A DNA stretch of 32,000 bases from Raphidiopsis brookii D9 (GCA_000175855.1 ACYB01000021.1:30001-62000), one strand, 5' to 3'. Shown: positions 12,180-22,649, numbered from the stretch's first letter. The notes: generated by a model not told the origin, from the sequence alone. Numbers and translations: made by a program.

Positions 12180-13886
12180 TCAATAAAAACTTGCGGACTT
12201 GCGATGGTGGACAGCAGTAATTCCATCCTGATTTAAGACCTTACCATTGTCCACAGTTGCATAAACTAACCAGTGATCTCCTACTTCCATCCGGCTTTGC
12301 ACGGTACATTCCAAGTACGCCAAAGCACCATTTAAAATTACACCCCCATTCCCCTCAGTGATGTCCAAACCCTTGAATCTGTCCTGTCCGGGTTCGTAAA
12401 CCTTCATAAAATGTTTACGTATTTCCCGTCCTTCAGCTAGAATGTTGACAATAAATGGATTATTTGTATGAGTTAGGTTTTCCATAGCGCGGTCTTTAGC
12501 CACTGCAATAGTCAGTCCAGGAGGATTAAAGCTGGCTTGTGTTACCCAGGATGCTAACATCCCAGTTTTGATTTCTCCTTGAGTTGCTGTAACCACACAT
12601 AAGGAACCTATGATGCGACCTACAGCTTGTTCTACATTAGTTGCAGGTTGTCTTGCTACTAATGATTTTTTCGTAAACCGTTTTAACGCTTGAGCAAAAT
12701 CCGTACCTGCTTCCTCACAGTTTTGTAAAGTGGACTCATTAGGTTTGAACTTGACACGAATAGGTTCAAAACCAAATCTAAAACCAGCATCTTTCAGTTT
12801 ACCTTCTAGTAAATCCACTGCTTCTCCACTCCAACCAAAGGAACCAAACACACCTGCTAACTTATTATTGGTTGCAGTAGATAAAACAATACCCAAGGCA
12901 GTTTGTACTGGTGTAGGTGCATGTCCACCTAGGGTGGGGGAACCAATAACAAAACCTGCACATTTTTCGATCGCACTTTTAATTTCTTCTGGCTCTGCAA
13001 ACTCGCAGTTAATAGACTCTACACTCACACCTGCTTTGGTAATACCACGAGCGATCGCCTGAGATATAGTAGCAGTATTACCATAAGCGGAGGCATAAAT
13101 CAATGCGACGCTAAGTTCCGAACTAGTTTGTTGTTTAATCCATTCTCGATAGGAGTGGGTTAGTTCTTGTAATGCATATCTAACTAACGGTCCATGACCG
13201 GTAGCATACAGTCGAATTGGTAAATCTGCCAGTTTATCCAAAGCAGTTTCCACTTGTCTTGGGTGGGGTGCCATGAGACAGTCGAAATAATAGCGACGAT
13301 CTTCGGTAAAAACTTCCCAACCCTCATCAAAAACCTGATCACCACAAAAGTGAGATCCAAACAACTTATCAGAAAAGAGAATTTCTGTTTGGGGGTCATA
13401 GGTACACAATTGGTCTGGGTAACGAGGGTTGGGAGTGGGAATAAATTGGAGGTGATGACCCTTTCCTAAATCTAGGGTTTCATCACCCCGCATGATCAAA
13501 ATGGGTAAATCGTCATTTTCCAATGCTGATTTGAGGTTTTTTGCTCCCGGGTTAGAGCAAACAAAAGTGATGTGGGGAGCAATTTCTCTTAATGCTTTTA
13601 GAGTTGCAGCTCGGTTAGGATTGACGTGACCTAGAATTATATAGTCAATGGATTTTAGGTTAATTCTATCTTGTAATGCGTCTAAATAAATCTTTGTAAA
13701 AGTTTCCCCAGGGGGGTCAATTATGGCAATTTTATCACTTTGAATGATAAAGGAATTAGCTGTTGTCCCCTTGGCTAAACCATATTCAATTTCAAACCGC
13801 AATCTTGTCCAACTACGAGAGCGTAATATGATGGTATTTGTACCAATAGGTATTATCTGTACATCACGGGGTTTAGTAATTGACAT
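12180..13886 (-). CDS. Flavodiiron protein, Flv1/Flv2-like class with degenerate diiron ligands and C-terminal flavin-reductase domain
   Basis: MBL-like domain, flavodoxin-like domain (IYASAYGNTATISQAIARG), flavin-reductase domain (GSLCVVTATQGEIKTGMLASWVTQASFNPPGLTIAVAKDR). The canonical HxExDH position reads GHVNPNR. Confidence 0.93.
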   Translation of the reverse strand: MSITKPRDVQIIPIGTNTIILRSRSWTRLRFEIEYGLAKGTTANSFIIQSDKIAIIDPPGETFTKIYLDALQDRINLKSIDYIILGHVNPNRAATLKALREIAPHITFVCSNPGAKNLKSALENDDLPILIMRGDETLDLGKGHHLQFIPTPNPRYPDQLCTYDPQTEILFSDKLFGSHFCGDQVFDEGWEVFTEDRRYYFDCLMAPHPRQVETALDKLADLPIRLYATGHGPLVRYALQELTHSYREWIKQQTSSELSVALIYASAYGNTATISQAIARGITKAGVSVESINCEFAEPEEIKSAIEKCAGFVIGSPTLGGHAPTPVQTALGIVLSTATNNKLAGVFGSFGWSGEAVDLLEGKLKDAGFRFGFEPIRVKFKPNESTLQNCEEAGTDFAQALKRFTKKSLVARQPATNVEQAVGRIIGSLCVVTATQGEIKTGMLASWVTQASFNPPGLTIAVAKDRAMENLTHTNNPFIVNILAEGREIRKHFMKVYEPGQDRFKGLDITEGNGGVILNGALAYLECTVQSRMEVGDHWLVYATVDNGKVLNQDGITAVHHRKSASFY

Positions 13887-13966
13887 AGTATCTCCAATAT
13901 TTCAACTGTGATTTAAAGTGTATGGGGTGCGCCCCATTGACGCCCCCAAAATTAGCGAATTAGGGA

Positions 13967-15709
13967 TTAGTAGTGATTACCGACTTTACGATGGTGAACT
14001 GCTGTGAGTGAGTTTGGTTTAGACACCCTTCCCGCATAAACTGTGCTGTATACCGCCCAGTGATCACCACAGTCCATCCGACTTACTACTTCACATTCCA
14101 TATAAGCTAAAGCATCACTTAAAATCGGAGCACCATTTTCAGCTGGTTGGGTTTTTACACCTTCAAACCGATCCGCACCTGGAGCAAATCGCTTTAAAAA
14201 GTGTTTCATCAATGCTTGATAGTTACCTTCTTCTAAAACATTGAGGACAAATCGATCTCCCACCTGCATCAGAGATTCTATGGCCCTGTCCTTAGCTACT
14301 GCAATGGAAAAGCCCAGTGGTTTAAAACTGGCCTGACTTACCCAGGAGGCCAACATAGCACTGGAAATATCGCCTTTTTTGGCGGTGATGATATATAAAC
14401 CACCACTAATCCTCCCTAGGGCTTTATCTAAATCAGCACCTAAGGATTTCATCGCTTTGATGCTTTTTTCTTTGGTAACTAATTGTCCCAGGTCAGTCCC
14501 AGCTTCCTCGCATTTTTTGTATGTGTTTTCTGTCGGTGTTTCTCGTATCTCAATCACAGGAAATGCAACTGTTAAAGCAGCAGCTCGGAATTTATTTAAC
14601 AGTGGGTAGGTGGGTTCATCATCTCCACCTCCAGTTTCAAAAATGCCAATGGCTTGTTTTTCAGTAGCTGACCCCAAAACCGTCCCCACCGCAGCTTGCA
14701 TAGTGGAACTTCCAGAAACAGGGGACATTCCCATTACTAATCCCTTACACCTTCCTACCAGCTCTCGTAACTCCTGTAACTCTACTACTCCACCTAGATC
14801 AACCATCTCTACCCCCACACCAGTTTTCATCACCCCATTGGCAATGGATTGGGCCAGGCGATCACTATGACCGTATTCAGAGACATAAAATATACCTACA
14901 ACTGTTTCAGTTTTTGCCTGGCTTTGACTCCAAGTGCGATAACGTCCTGTTAATTCCTCTACGTTGTGGTACAACAGGGGTCCATGACCGGTAGCAATCA
15001 TTTTGATATGTTTCAATTCTGCCATCCGCTTTATAGCAGATAATACAGAACGGGAGTTGGGTCCCATGAGACAGTCATAGTAGTATTTAAAGTCTTCTTC
15101 AATGGTGGCTAAATTGTCATCAAATGTGCTATCTGAGCAGTAGTGCATGCCAAAAGCATCACAAGTATATAAGGTTTCTGTATGATGATCGAAACTAAAA
15201 ATAGTGTCTGGCCAGTGTAAATTGGGAGCTATGACAAATTCCAATTCATGACCATTACCCAAGGACAGGCGATCGCCATTTTTCACTATGCGACGTTTAA
15301 ATGGTTGATGTACCAAATCCTCTAAAAATTGAATTGCTACCTTAGATCCAACCACGGTGATATCAGGAGCTTTTTGCAACAGATCCTTAACTAATCCGCT
15401 GTGATCTGGTTCTGTGTGGCTAATGATGAGATAGTTTATATCTTGAAGATTAGTTAAGCTAGTGAGTGCGTCAAAATATAGCTGACGGAACTTTTCATGG
15501 GAGGTGTCAACTAGAGCTATCTGCTCACCGCGAATCAGAAATGAGTTATAGGTTGTACCATTTTGTAAGCCAAACTCAATATCAAAACGGTCCCGATCCC
15601 AGTCTAAGGAGCGGATAGCTGTGGTGTTTTGAGCAATTTCTACAGTCTGTATGGTCAGACGTTTGACAGGAGCTTGTTTTTCCCGTCCAGCATCGGTGAG
15701 CAATACCAT
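13967..15709 (-). CDS. Flavodiiron protein, Flv3/Flv4-like class with intact ligand motif and C-terminal flavin-reductase domain
   Basis: LIISHTEPDHSGLV (HxExDH), MHYCSD, ATGHGPLL, flavodoxin motif FYVSEYGHSDRLAQSIANG, and GGLYIITAKKGDISSAMLASWVSQASF. It is directly upstream of the Flv1-like gene on the same strand, with no sll0218-like gene between them. This favours a flv3-flv1 pair over flv4-flv2. Confidence 0.93.
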   Translation of the reverse strand: MVLLTDAGREKQAPVKRLTIQTVEIAQNTTAIRSLDWDRDRFDIEFGLQNGTTYNSFLIRGEQIALVDTSHEKFRQLYFDALTSLTNLQDINYLIISHTEPDHSGLVKDLLQKAPDITVVGSKVAIQFLEDLVHQPFKRRIVKNGDRLSLGNGHELEFVIAPNLHWPDTIFSFDHHTETLYTCDAFGMHYCSDSTFDDNLATIEEDFKYYYDCLMGPNSRSVLSAIKRMAELKHIKMIATGHGPLLYHNVEELTGRYRTWSQSQAKTETVVGIFYVSEYGHSDRLAQSIANGVMKTGVGVEMVDLGGVVELQELRELVGRCKGLVMGMSPVSGSSTMQAAVGTVLGSATEKQAIGIFETGGGDDEPTYPLLNKFRAAALTVAFPVIEIRETPTENTYKKCEEAGTDLGQLVTKEKSIKAMKSLGADLDKALGRISGGLYIITAKKGDISSAMLASWVSQASFKPLGFSIAVAKDRAIESLMQVGDRFVLNVLEEGNYQALMKHFLKRFAPGADRFEGVKTQPAENGAPILSDALAYMECEVVSRMDCGDHWAVYSTVYAGRVSKPNSLTAVHHRKVGNHY

Positions 15710-15822
15710 AACTCCCCTCCTTAATTTATTTTGAGCATTAATTCCTCTACTCTTGATTGTGACACGGTTTCAATGTTACTGTTCATTAAAAAACCTATGG
15801 CTGAGTTAAGAAACTTAAAACT

Positions 15823-16647
15823 GTGAAACCCAATAGCAGATCGGAAGTTAGGGATGATTTTGTGTTAGGATTGGTAGTTGGCAACTCCCGTTTACACTGG
15901 GGTTTGTTTTTAGGTAAGAAATTATACTTTACCTGGGATAGTAGACATTTACCGGAAGATGTGATTTTGCAGATCCCCCAATGTCAAACCCTGGATGAAC
16001 TAATCACCCTGACCACCCGATTTTCTTTTCCCTCCTACTCCCCACCTATTTATTTCCCTCCTCCCATTTTTTTAGCCTCCGTGGTTCCCCGAGAAACGGA
16101 AAAATGGCTATCCTACTCTAACATACAAGTGATCACCTTAAGTCAAGTCCCCCTAAAAGAAACATATCCTACCCTGGGTATTGATCGCGCTTTAGCTTTG
16201 TTGGGTACGGGTAAAAAGTACGGATTCCCAGCCTTAGTAATTGATGCAGGCACAGCTTTAACTTTTACAGGTGTAAATGAAAATGAGTGTTTAGTTGGTG
16301 GAGCAATTTTACCCGGTCTGGGTTTACAACTAGTCAGTTTGGGAGAAAATACTGGGCAATTGCCATTATTAACAACGGGAGAAATTCTCAATTTACCACC
16401 ACGGTTTGCGCTAGAGACGAAAACAGCCATTCTCAGTGGAGTTATTTACACATTATTGGCGGGAGTCCAGGATTTTATTGATCATTGGTTGTCTTTATTC
16501 CCCCACAGTTACATTGTAGTCACTGGAGGGGATGGAACATTGTTAATGGACCTTTTAGCTCAACTATCTTCCTCCCTAGGAAAAAGGTTAATTACAGACC
16601 AAAATCTGATCTTTTGGGGGATTGAAGAAGTCCTGAGAAACCTCTAA
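15823..16647 (+). CDS. coaX: Type III pantothenate kinase
   Basis: LVVGNSRLHWGLF, ALVIDAGTALTFTGVNENECLVGGAILPGLGLQ, IVVTGGDG. Confidence 0.88.
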   Translation: MKPNSRSEVRDDFVLGLVVGNSRLHWGLFLGKKLYFTWDSRHLPEDVILQIPQCQTLDELITLTTRFSFPSYSPPIYFPPPIFLASVVPRETEKWLSYSNIQVITLSQVPLKETYPTLGIDRALALLGTGKKYGFPALVIDAGTALTFTGVNENECLVGGAILPGLGLQLVSLGENTGQLPLLTTGEILNLPPRFALETKTAILSGVIYTLLAGVQDFIDHWLSLFPHSYIVVTGGDGTLLMDLLAQLSSSLGKRLITDQNLIFWGIEEVLRNL

Positions 16648-16660
16648 AATCTGTTTAAAA

Positions 16661-17503
16661 CTAAACTTTGAAAAAGTCTAGGATATATTGGGCCACTACA
16701 GCTGTACACGTTTGGGGTAAATTGTTTTTTCCATGGGTGATGATTTTCAGCTGGGATTGGGAAATCATGGATGAAAAGGCCTTACTCCTCTCCAGATTTT
16801 CCCTCCTATCCTGACCACCTTGCAAAATCAAGCAAGGTAGTTCTAGGTTGACCAAATTATAGTCTAATAATTCCTTGTCAATCTCCCTAAATTGCCGATT
16901 GAATAATAATTGGCAACCTGTAGGATGGTCCGAGAATTTGCGGTGTAATTCCAAGTATTTATTTATTTTGTTTTGCCAACCTAATGCTCTAATTATTAGA
17001 TTTGATCTCTTATTTAACCAATCAAACACTGTAAATAATAAAGACGGTGTATTAGCTAAACGCCGCATACTTGAGCAAGTTAGTTCTAGTTTATCTGTCT
17101 TTATGCCCTCCGGTTCCAATAACAACAAACTAATAATATGATCAGGATATTGCAGAGCATAACTAGTGGCAATCCAAGCTCCCAAGGAATCACCTACTAA
17201 ATAGAATCGCTCCAATTTCAAAGCTTTTACAAACTCATTTAAACATTCTACTTGCAAGCTGACTGAATGATGTACGGTGGGATTTGCGGATGTGCCAAAA
17301 CCTAATAAATCTGGTGCAAAACAATGGAATTTATCAGCTATTAAACTCATTACCTGTGTCCACTGACTACTATCATTCCAAGGTCCGTGTAAGAGGATTA
17401 TGGGGATTCCTTCACCTATTTCATGCCAGAATAGAAGTCCTTGGGGAAGTTTGATGCGGGATTTGCGGAATAGGGTTGTATATGGCATAATCCATTGAAG
17501 CAA
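16661..17503 (-). CDS. Alpha/beta fold hydrolase
   Basis: Oxyanion region ILLHGPWNDSSQW, nucleophile elbow GDSLG, LILQGGQD, late histidine region. Confidence 0.85.
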   Translation of the reverse strand: MLQWIMPYTTLFRKSRIKLPQGLLFWHEIGEGIPIILLHGPWNDSSQWTQVMSLIADKFHCFAPDLLGFGTSANPTVHHSVSLQVECLNEFVKALKLERFYLVGDSLGAWIATSYALQYPDHIISLLLLEPEGIKTDKLELTCSSMRRLANTPSLLFTVFDWLNKRSNLIIRALGWQNKINKYLELHRKFSDHPTGCQLLFNRQFREIDKELLDYNLVNLELPCLILQGGQDRRENLERSKAFSSMISQSQLKIITHGKNNLPQTCTAVVAQYILDFFKV

Positions 17504-17562
17504 TACTAAGGTTGAACTCTAGGTAAAATCAAAAGGTTAATTAGAAATGTTATAGGCTTAAA

Positions 17563-18057
17563 TCAGACTAGTGTGGTTGAACCACTTAAGTAATCTTGTA
17601 ACTGCTGATAGTGATCATGGGACATGGGGGTTAGGGGAAGAGACGTGGGAGGAAAAGCTTGAACTTCTAGCACTTCTAGGTGATCTTGAAGGTTCATTTC
17701 TCCTTCTACCTCTGCTTCTACTACAACACAAATTGAGTGAATTCTGGGATCTCGCTCGGGAGAGGAATAAACTCCCACTAAGCGTCGAATTTTTACTAGT
17801 TCCAGTCCCGTTTCTTCCCTCAACTCTCGACGCACTACACTGGGAATATCTTCTCCCCAATCTACCATACCACCAGGTAAAGCCCAACATCCATCATCAC
17901 TACGACGAACCAAGACGATTTTACCATCGGGCAAGATGGCAATAATACTCGTCCCCGGAATAGGATGACGAAAAATGATACCTAGTATAGACTTGGCAAC
18001 GCGCCACAAGTTACTTGGGGAATAAATTAACGAATTTAAAAAGGTTACTACACTCAT
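17563..18057 (-). CDS. NUDIX hydrolase
   Basis: Nudix box GMVDWGEDIPSVVRRELREETGLEL fits Gx5Ex7REUxEExGU. Confidence 0.92.
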   Translation of the reverse strand: MSVVTFLNSLIYSPSNLWRVAKSILGIIFRHPIPGTSIIAILPDGKIVLVRRSDDGCWALPGGMVDWGEDIPSVVRRELREETGLELVKIRRLVGVYSSPERDPRIHSICVVVEAEVEGEMNLQDHLEVLEVQAFPPTSLPLTPMSHDHYQQLQDYLSGSTTLV

Positions 18058-18350
18058 TAGGACTTACCTATTGACAAAAGACATTGCCTTTTGGAGATTT
18101 TCTTGTGATCAACCGAAAATTCCTATCTTAAACTTCATTCAACTTAAATTTCAAACAGGATTAGTACATGAGTTGAAATTTAAAATTCACCTTCAGATCG
18201 TTTGACATACCCTATCCCAATAGGATATACTAGAGCACTGTTTAAAGATTAACTTTTTTTGCACTACTAGGCACCAAAGTGTATCAATTGCATGGGTAGC
18301 TGGATATGGCCTAAGTGTGGTTGTTTTTGTTGTTTATTCATGAGGTGAAT

Positions 18351-18521
18351 ATGGCCAAGCGCCGTAACCCCAAAAAAGAAAAGGCGCTACGGAACCAGGC
18401 TTATGCCAGAAAGTTTCGTAAACGGACTACTACAGGAAGAATGCAAAGAAGGTTCCAACAAAGACCATCTAAGGGTGAAGATGATGAAACAGTATCAGCA
18501 GCAATGGATGCAGCTGATTAA
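18351..18521 (+). CDS. Small basic hypothetical protein (56 aa)
   Basis: Supplied ORF begins at 18315. The internal ATG at 18351, preceded by an AGGTG-like SD (TGAGGTGAAT), gives MAKRRNPKKEKALRNQAYARKFRKRTTTGRMQRRFQQRPSKGEDDETVSAAMDAAD, a plausible standalone small protein. Confidence 0.72.
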   Translation: MAKRRNPKKEKALRNQAYARKFRKRTTTGRMQRRFQQRPSKGEDDETVSAAMDAAD

Positions 18522-18625
18522 ATTATCTGTTTGATTTGACTCTCCTGTGCGTAAATTCGCTCCTGACCCCATAAAGCGAATGGCATTGGAATATTACCAA
18601 TCCATTCGCTTTGTTATTTTTGTTT

Positions 18626-20011
18626 TTAAAAACCTATTTGACTATGGGCACTGGCGATCGCTTGTCTAACTTGCTCAAAACCAGTGCCACCATAACTATT
18701 ACGTGCAGCTACTACCTGACGTGGGGAAATAGCTTCATAGATATCACTGTCAAAGGATGGGTGCACTTGTTGCCATTCTTCTAAGGTTAAATCTTTCAAG
18801 AGTTTACCAGCAGAAATACTAGTTTTAACTACTTTACCAACTATGTTATAAGCTTCTCGGAAGGGTACTCCCCGAGCTGCTAAGTAGTCTGCAACATCAG
18901 TAGCATTAGCAAAGTCCTCTGTCACTGCTGCAGCCAAACGCTCTTGGCGAAACTCCATACCTTCTCTTAATAGAATTGTCATTGCCTGCAAGCAAGACTT
19001 GACCGTATTTACACTATCAAATATACCTTCCTTGTCTTCTTGTAAGTCTTTGTTATAGGCTAGGGGTAGTCCTTTCATAATTACTAACATAGACTGAAGA
19101 TGACCAAAGACCCTACCTGTTTTACCTCTAACTAACTCAGGAACATCCGGGTTTTTCTTTTGTGGCATAATGCTGGAACCGGTGGCACAGCTATCCTTCA
19201 GGTGGATAAAACGGAATTCTTCCGAGGCCCATAGAATTACCTCTTCTGACAAGCGACTGAGGTGCACCATAATTGTACTAGCAGCAGCAAGAAACTCTAT
19301 GGCAAAATCTCGATCACTTACCCCGTCCAAACTATTAGCATAAATACTGTCAAAATTCAATAGCTGTGCGGTGTATTTCCTATCAATAGGGAAGGTAGTA
19401 CCTGCTAGAGCACCACTACCTAAGGGGCAAATATTCACCCGTTTATACACATCCCCTAATCGATCCCAATCTCTTTGTGCCATTTGAAAATAGGCTAGGA
19501 GGTGATGGGCTAAACTTAGGGGTTGGGCCCTTTGCAGGTGGGTGTATCCGGGGATGAGAGTTTCAATATTTTTTTCAGCTAGATTTAGTAATACCTGCTG
19601 GAACTCCCTTAGGTGTTGACGGATTTGTTGGATTTGCTCCCGTAGGTAGAGTCTCGTGTCAGTTCCTACCTGGTCATTACGAGAACGAGCGGTGTGTAGT
19701 TTTTTCCCCACATCACCCACAATTTCCGTAAGTCGTTTTTCCACCGCAAAATGTACGTCCTCCGCATCAATACCGGGTTGGAATTTCCCTTGTCGATATT
19801 CCTGACGTACCTGTTCTAAACCAGTCACTAATTGCTCTGCTTCTTCCGGACTAATGATTTGACTGTGACCCAACATTTTTGCATGGGCTTGGGAACCAGT
19901 AATATCATATTCTAATAGTTCGATGTCAAAAGTAATACTAGCATTAAACCGAGCGATCGCCGGATGCAGTGCGGATTCAAACCTTTGGCTCCAAGTTTGT
20001 TTTGCGGTCAT
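18626..20011 (-). CDS. argH: Argininosuccinate lyase
   Basis: [56 protein letters not shown]. Confidence 0.97.
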   Translation of the reverse strand: MTAKQTWSQRFESALHPAIARFNASITFDIELLEYDITGSQAHAKMLGHSQIISPEEAEQLVTGLEQVRQEYRQGKFQPGIDAEDVHFAVEKRLTEIVGDVGKKLHTARSRNDQVGTDTRLYLREQIQQIRQHLREFQQVLLNLAEKNIETLIPGYTHLQRAQPLSLAHHLLAYFQMAQRDWDRLGDVYKRVNICPLGSGALAGTTFPIDRKYTAQLLNFDSIYANSLDGVSDRDFAIEFLAAASTIMVHLSRLSEEVILWASEEFRFIHLKDSCATGSSIMPQKKNPDVPELVRGKTGRVFGHLQSMLVIMKGLPLAYNKDLQEDKEGIFDSVNTVKSCLQAMTILLREGMEFRQERLAAAVTEDFANATDVADYLAARGVPFREAYNIVGKVVKTSISAGKLLKDLTLEEWQQVHPSFDSDIYEAISPRQVVAARNSYGGTGFEQVRQAIASAHSQIGF

Positions 20012-20074
20012 AAAATGAATTTTAGAAAATCTATTGTTTACTGGTTGTTTAGTTGTATTATTGTATTATATGCT

Positions 20075-20857
20075 TTATGTTAGTCCCCTCCCAATTTTCT
20101 GGGCAGTGCGTAGGATTTGACCTGCCAAAACTGCTGCGCCAAATCCATTATCAATATTGACCACTCCCACACCAGCAGCACAAGAGTTCAGCATGGTGAG
20201 TAGGGGTGCCAAACCAGCAAAATTTGCCCCGTAACCAATACTGGTGGGCACGGCAATTATGGGACAATCTGCTAAACCAGCTACCACACTAGGTAGGGCA
20301 CCTTCCATACCTGCTACAACAATTAGGACAGATGCTGAATTGAGCAAATGACGATTATTTAGTAAGCGGTGAATTCCTGCTACACCCACATCCCAGAGAC
20401 GCTGGACTCTAAAACCATATAGCTCAGCAGTTATAGCAGCTTCTTCAGCTACGGGTAAGTCCGCAGTACCAGCGGAAAGTATTCCTATTTCTCCGGGAAA
20501 TCTCGGTAGGGTTTCGTCGGGAGCAAGGGCACAAATTCTTGCTAGGTCGTAGTATTTTAATCCCCTGACTTTTTTTTGTAGTATGGAATATATCTCAGGA
20601 GTAATTCGGGTAGCCATGACTACGGAAGCGTGTGGACGCATGATTTCTATGATTTGGGCGATTTGGTCGGGGGTTTTACCAGGTCCCCAAATCACTTCTG
20701 GAAACCCCGTTCTTAAATGACGATGGTGGTCAATTTTGGCAAATTCACCTACAGATTCGTATGCTAGATTTTTGAGAGATTCTAGGGCTAGATCAGGACT
20801 AATTTTACCATTAGCTACAGCTTGTAATAGGGATTGCAAATTTTCTGGCTGAGTCAT
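20075..20857 (-). CDS. larB: LarB family protein (nickel pincer cofactor biosynthesis / AIR carboxylase-like)
   Basis: PEVIWGPGKTPDQI, SAGTADLPVAEEAAITAELYG, DVGVAGIHRLL, VVAGMEGALPSVVAGL. Start placed at the ATG giving MTQPENLQSLLQ; the longer ORF overlaps the upstream region. Confidence 0.9.
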   Translation of the reverse strand: MTQPENLQSLLQAVANGKISPDLALESLKNLAYESVGEFAKIDHHRHLRTGFPEVIWGPGKTPDQIAQIIEIMRPHASVVMATRITPEIYSILQKKVRGLKYYDLARICALAPDETLPRFPGEIGILSAGTADLPVAEEAAITAELYGFRVQRLWDVGVAGIHRLLNNRHLLNSASVLIVVAGMEGALPSVVAGLADCPIIAVPTSIGYGANFAGLAPLLTMLNSCAAGVGVVNIDNGFGAAVLAGQILRTAQKIGRGLT

Positions 20858-20861
20858 TAAT

Positions 20862-22649
20862 CTATTCCCTAATTTTAATTTCATGAATATTCCAGAATGG
20901 ACCACCGAGTGCAGAATATTTAATTCCCGTAAACCGATTGCGCACTGCTACCAAGGAGGTGGAATTTATTAGATAAATAAATGGTAAATACTCCTGAGTT
21001 AATTTTTGACTCTGGGAGTATATTTCTTTCACCTTAGGTTCATCAAATTCCTGGGATCCTTGAATATATAGTTCATGAATTTTCTTTTCCCAGGGTGCTA
21101 CTTGCCATCCTTCTATGGGTTTTTGTCCCGGTTGCGGTTTTTGATTAAACATGTGTAATCCTCCTTCAGGAGACCAAACGTTAGCACCATCATTCGGTTC
21201 TAAACCACCGGTTAAACCTAATAAGGATGCTTCCCAATCTAGAGTGTTAGATAGTTTGTCTAAAAATGTACTCCATGCTAATGGGGTAAAATCAACTTGA
21301 ATGCCAATTTTACTCAGATCTTGTTTGATTTGGGCACCCATTGCTTCCCGGATTTTATTACCAGCGTTGGTGAGCAAACTAAATCTTACCTTGTTTCCTT
21401 GACTATCTTCTAATTGGTTTTGACTGTTGTATTTAAATCCAGCTTCTATCAGTAATTCTTTGGCTTTTTCGGGATTGTAATTATAGACTCTTAATCCCTT
21501 TTCCGGTGGAAGATAGTAAGGACTTTGCACGGAAATCGGGGAATTTTGGGTTTGACCTAAACCACGGTAAATATTATTAATCATGGTTTCCCTATCTACT
21601 GCATAGGCGATCGCTTGACGAAATTTTACTTGATTAAACCATTGGGATTTAATTGGGTCCACTAAGGGTTTGTTATTTCTTTTGCCTTGGTTTAAGTTAA
21701 AGGAAATAAAACTAGTACCAGTAGATGGTCCGCCATTGTAAATTTGGAAGTTTCCTTGTTTTTCCTGGACTTTTAACAATGAGAAATAATCAGGTGTGAC
21801 CGATATGGCATCCAGTCCAGCGGATCTAAATTGGAGCAGAGCTGTATCCGTTGATTCCACAATTTGCCAAATAATCCGTTCAATGTAAGGTTGGGGTTGA
21901 CCCTGGGAATCTTTACGCCAATAGTAGGGGTTACGACGAAAAATGATTCTTTGACTGGTGTCGTAACGTTCTAGTTGGTAGGGACCGTTAACGATGATTT
22001 TTTCCGGAGGAGTGTCCACACCCCAAATACTCAGGAATTTAGGTTTACCATCTTGGTCTTTTGTCACCACTGATTCTTGTAAGATGTGCGCTGGTAATAT
22101 GGCAGCACCTACGCTTTGTAGGAAGGGTCTAAAGGGTTCGGGAACGGTAAATTCTACTCTCCTATTGTCTATTTTTTTTACCTTAGGCAGTTTTCTTTCT
22201 TTACCAATTCTCAAAATATCTCTTATGTCTGTGGGTATCTGTTTGTTTAGGTAAATTTCATTATAAGTGAATACAACATCATCCACGGTAAGGGGTTGAC
22301 CATCAGACCATTTTAAGTTCTCACGCATGGTGAAGGTAATTTTTAGTTTATCCTCGGAAAGTTCCCAGGATTCAGCTAAATTTGGTTCTAGCTCCCCCGT
22401 AAGGGGATTTTGGTTAACTAATCCTTCGTAGGTATAACCAAATATATTGGGAGATTCGGAACTTAAAGCGTAGTTAAAAGTTTTTGGATCACTGAGAATA
22501 CTGGTTACTAATTGGGGCACATCCCTAACATTAGGGTTTTTAAAGTTACTAGGATTGCAACCGGTCAGGGGTGTGGCTATGAAGCAAATTATAATGATAA
22601 ATAATAGGTTTCGTTTTACTGATTTCAGATACTTGTTGACTAAAGACAT
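20862..22649 (-). CDS. ABC transporter substrate-binding lipoprotein, SBP_bac_5 family (peptide/nickel type)
   Basis: Signal peptide with lipobox (IATPLTGCNPS), ESWELSEDKLKITFTMRENLKWSDGQPLTVDDVVFTY, RQAIAYAVDRETMINNIYRGLGQ; 595 aa. Confidence 0.93.
   Translation of the reverse strand: MSLVNKYLKSVKRNLLFIIIICFIATPLTGCNPSNFKNPNVRDVPQLVTSILSDPKTFNYALSSESPNIFGYTYEGLVNQNPLTGELEPNLAESWELSEDKLKITFTMRENLKWSDGQPLTVDDVVFTYNEIYLNKQIPTDIRDILRIGKERKLPKVKKIDNRRVEFTVPEPFRPFLQSVGAAILPAHILQESVVTKDQDGKPKFLSIWGVDTPPEKIIVNGPYQLERYDTSQRIIFRRNPYYWRKDSQGQPQPYIERIIWQIVESTDTALLQFRSAGLDAISVTPDYFSLLKVQEKQGNFQIYNGGPSTGTSFISFNLNQGKRNNKPLVDPIKSQWFNQVKFRQAIAYAVDRETMINNIYRGLGQTQNSPISVQSPYYLPPEKGLRVYNYNPEKAKELLIEAGFKYNSQNQLEDSQGNKVRFSLLTNAGNKIREAMGAQIKQDLSKIGIQVDFTPLAWSTFLDKLSNTLDWEASLLGLTGGLEPNDGANVWSPEGGLHMFNQKPQPGQKPIEGWQVAPWEKKIHELYIQGSQEFDEPKVKEIYSQSQKLTQEYLPFIYLINSTSLVAVRNRFTGIKYSALGGPFWNIHEIKIRE

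Noticed and set aside
12730-13062. + strand ORF of 110 aa inside the flavodiiron gene
   Set aside because: Antisense shadow of a conserved coding sequence. Low complexity and no family resemblance.
16143-16430. Minus-strand 95-aa ORF opposite coaX
   Set aside because: coaX motifs are on the + strand at the same location, so this is a shadow ORF.
17571-17945. Two overlapping ORFs (124 aa +, 91 aa -) within the NUDIX gene
   Set aside because: They are out-of-frame or antisense to a perfect Nudix box. The 91-aa sequence rich in R/S looks like frame-shifted reading.
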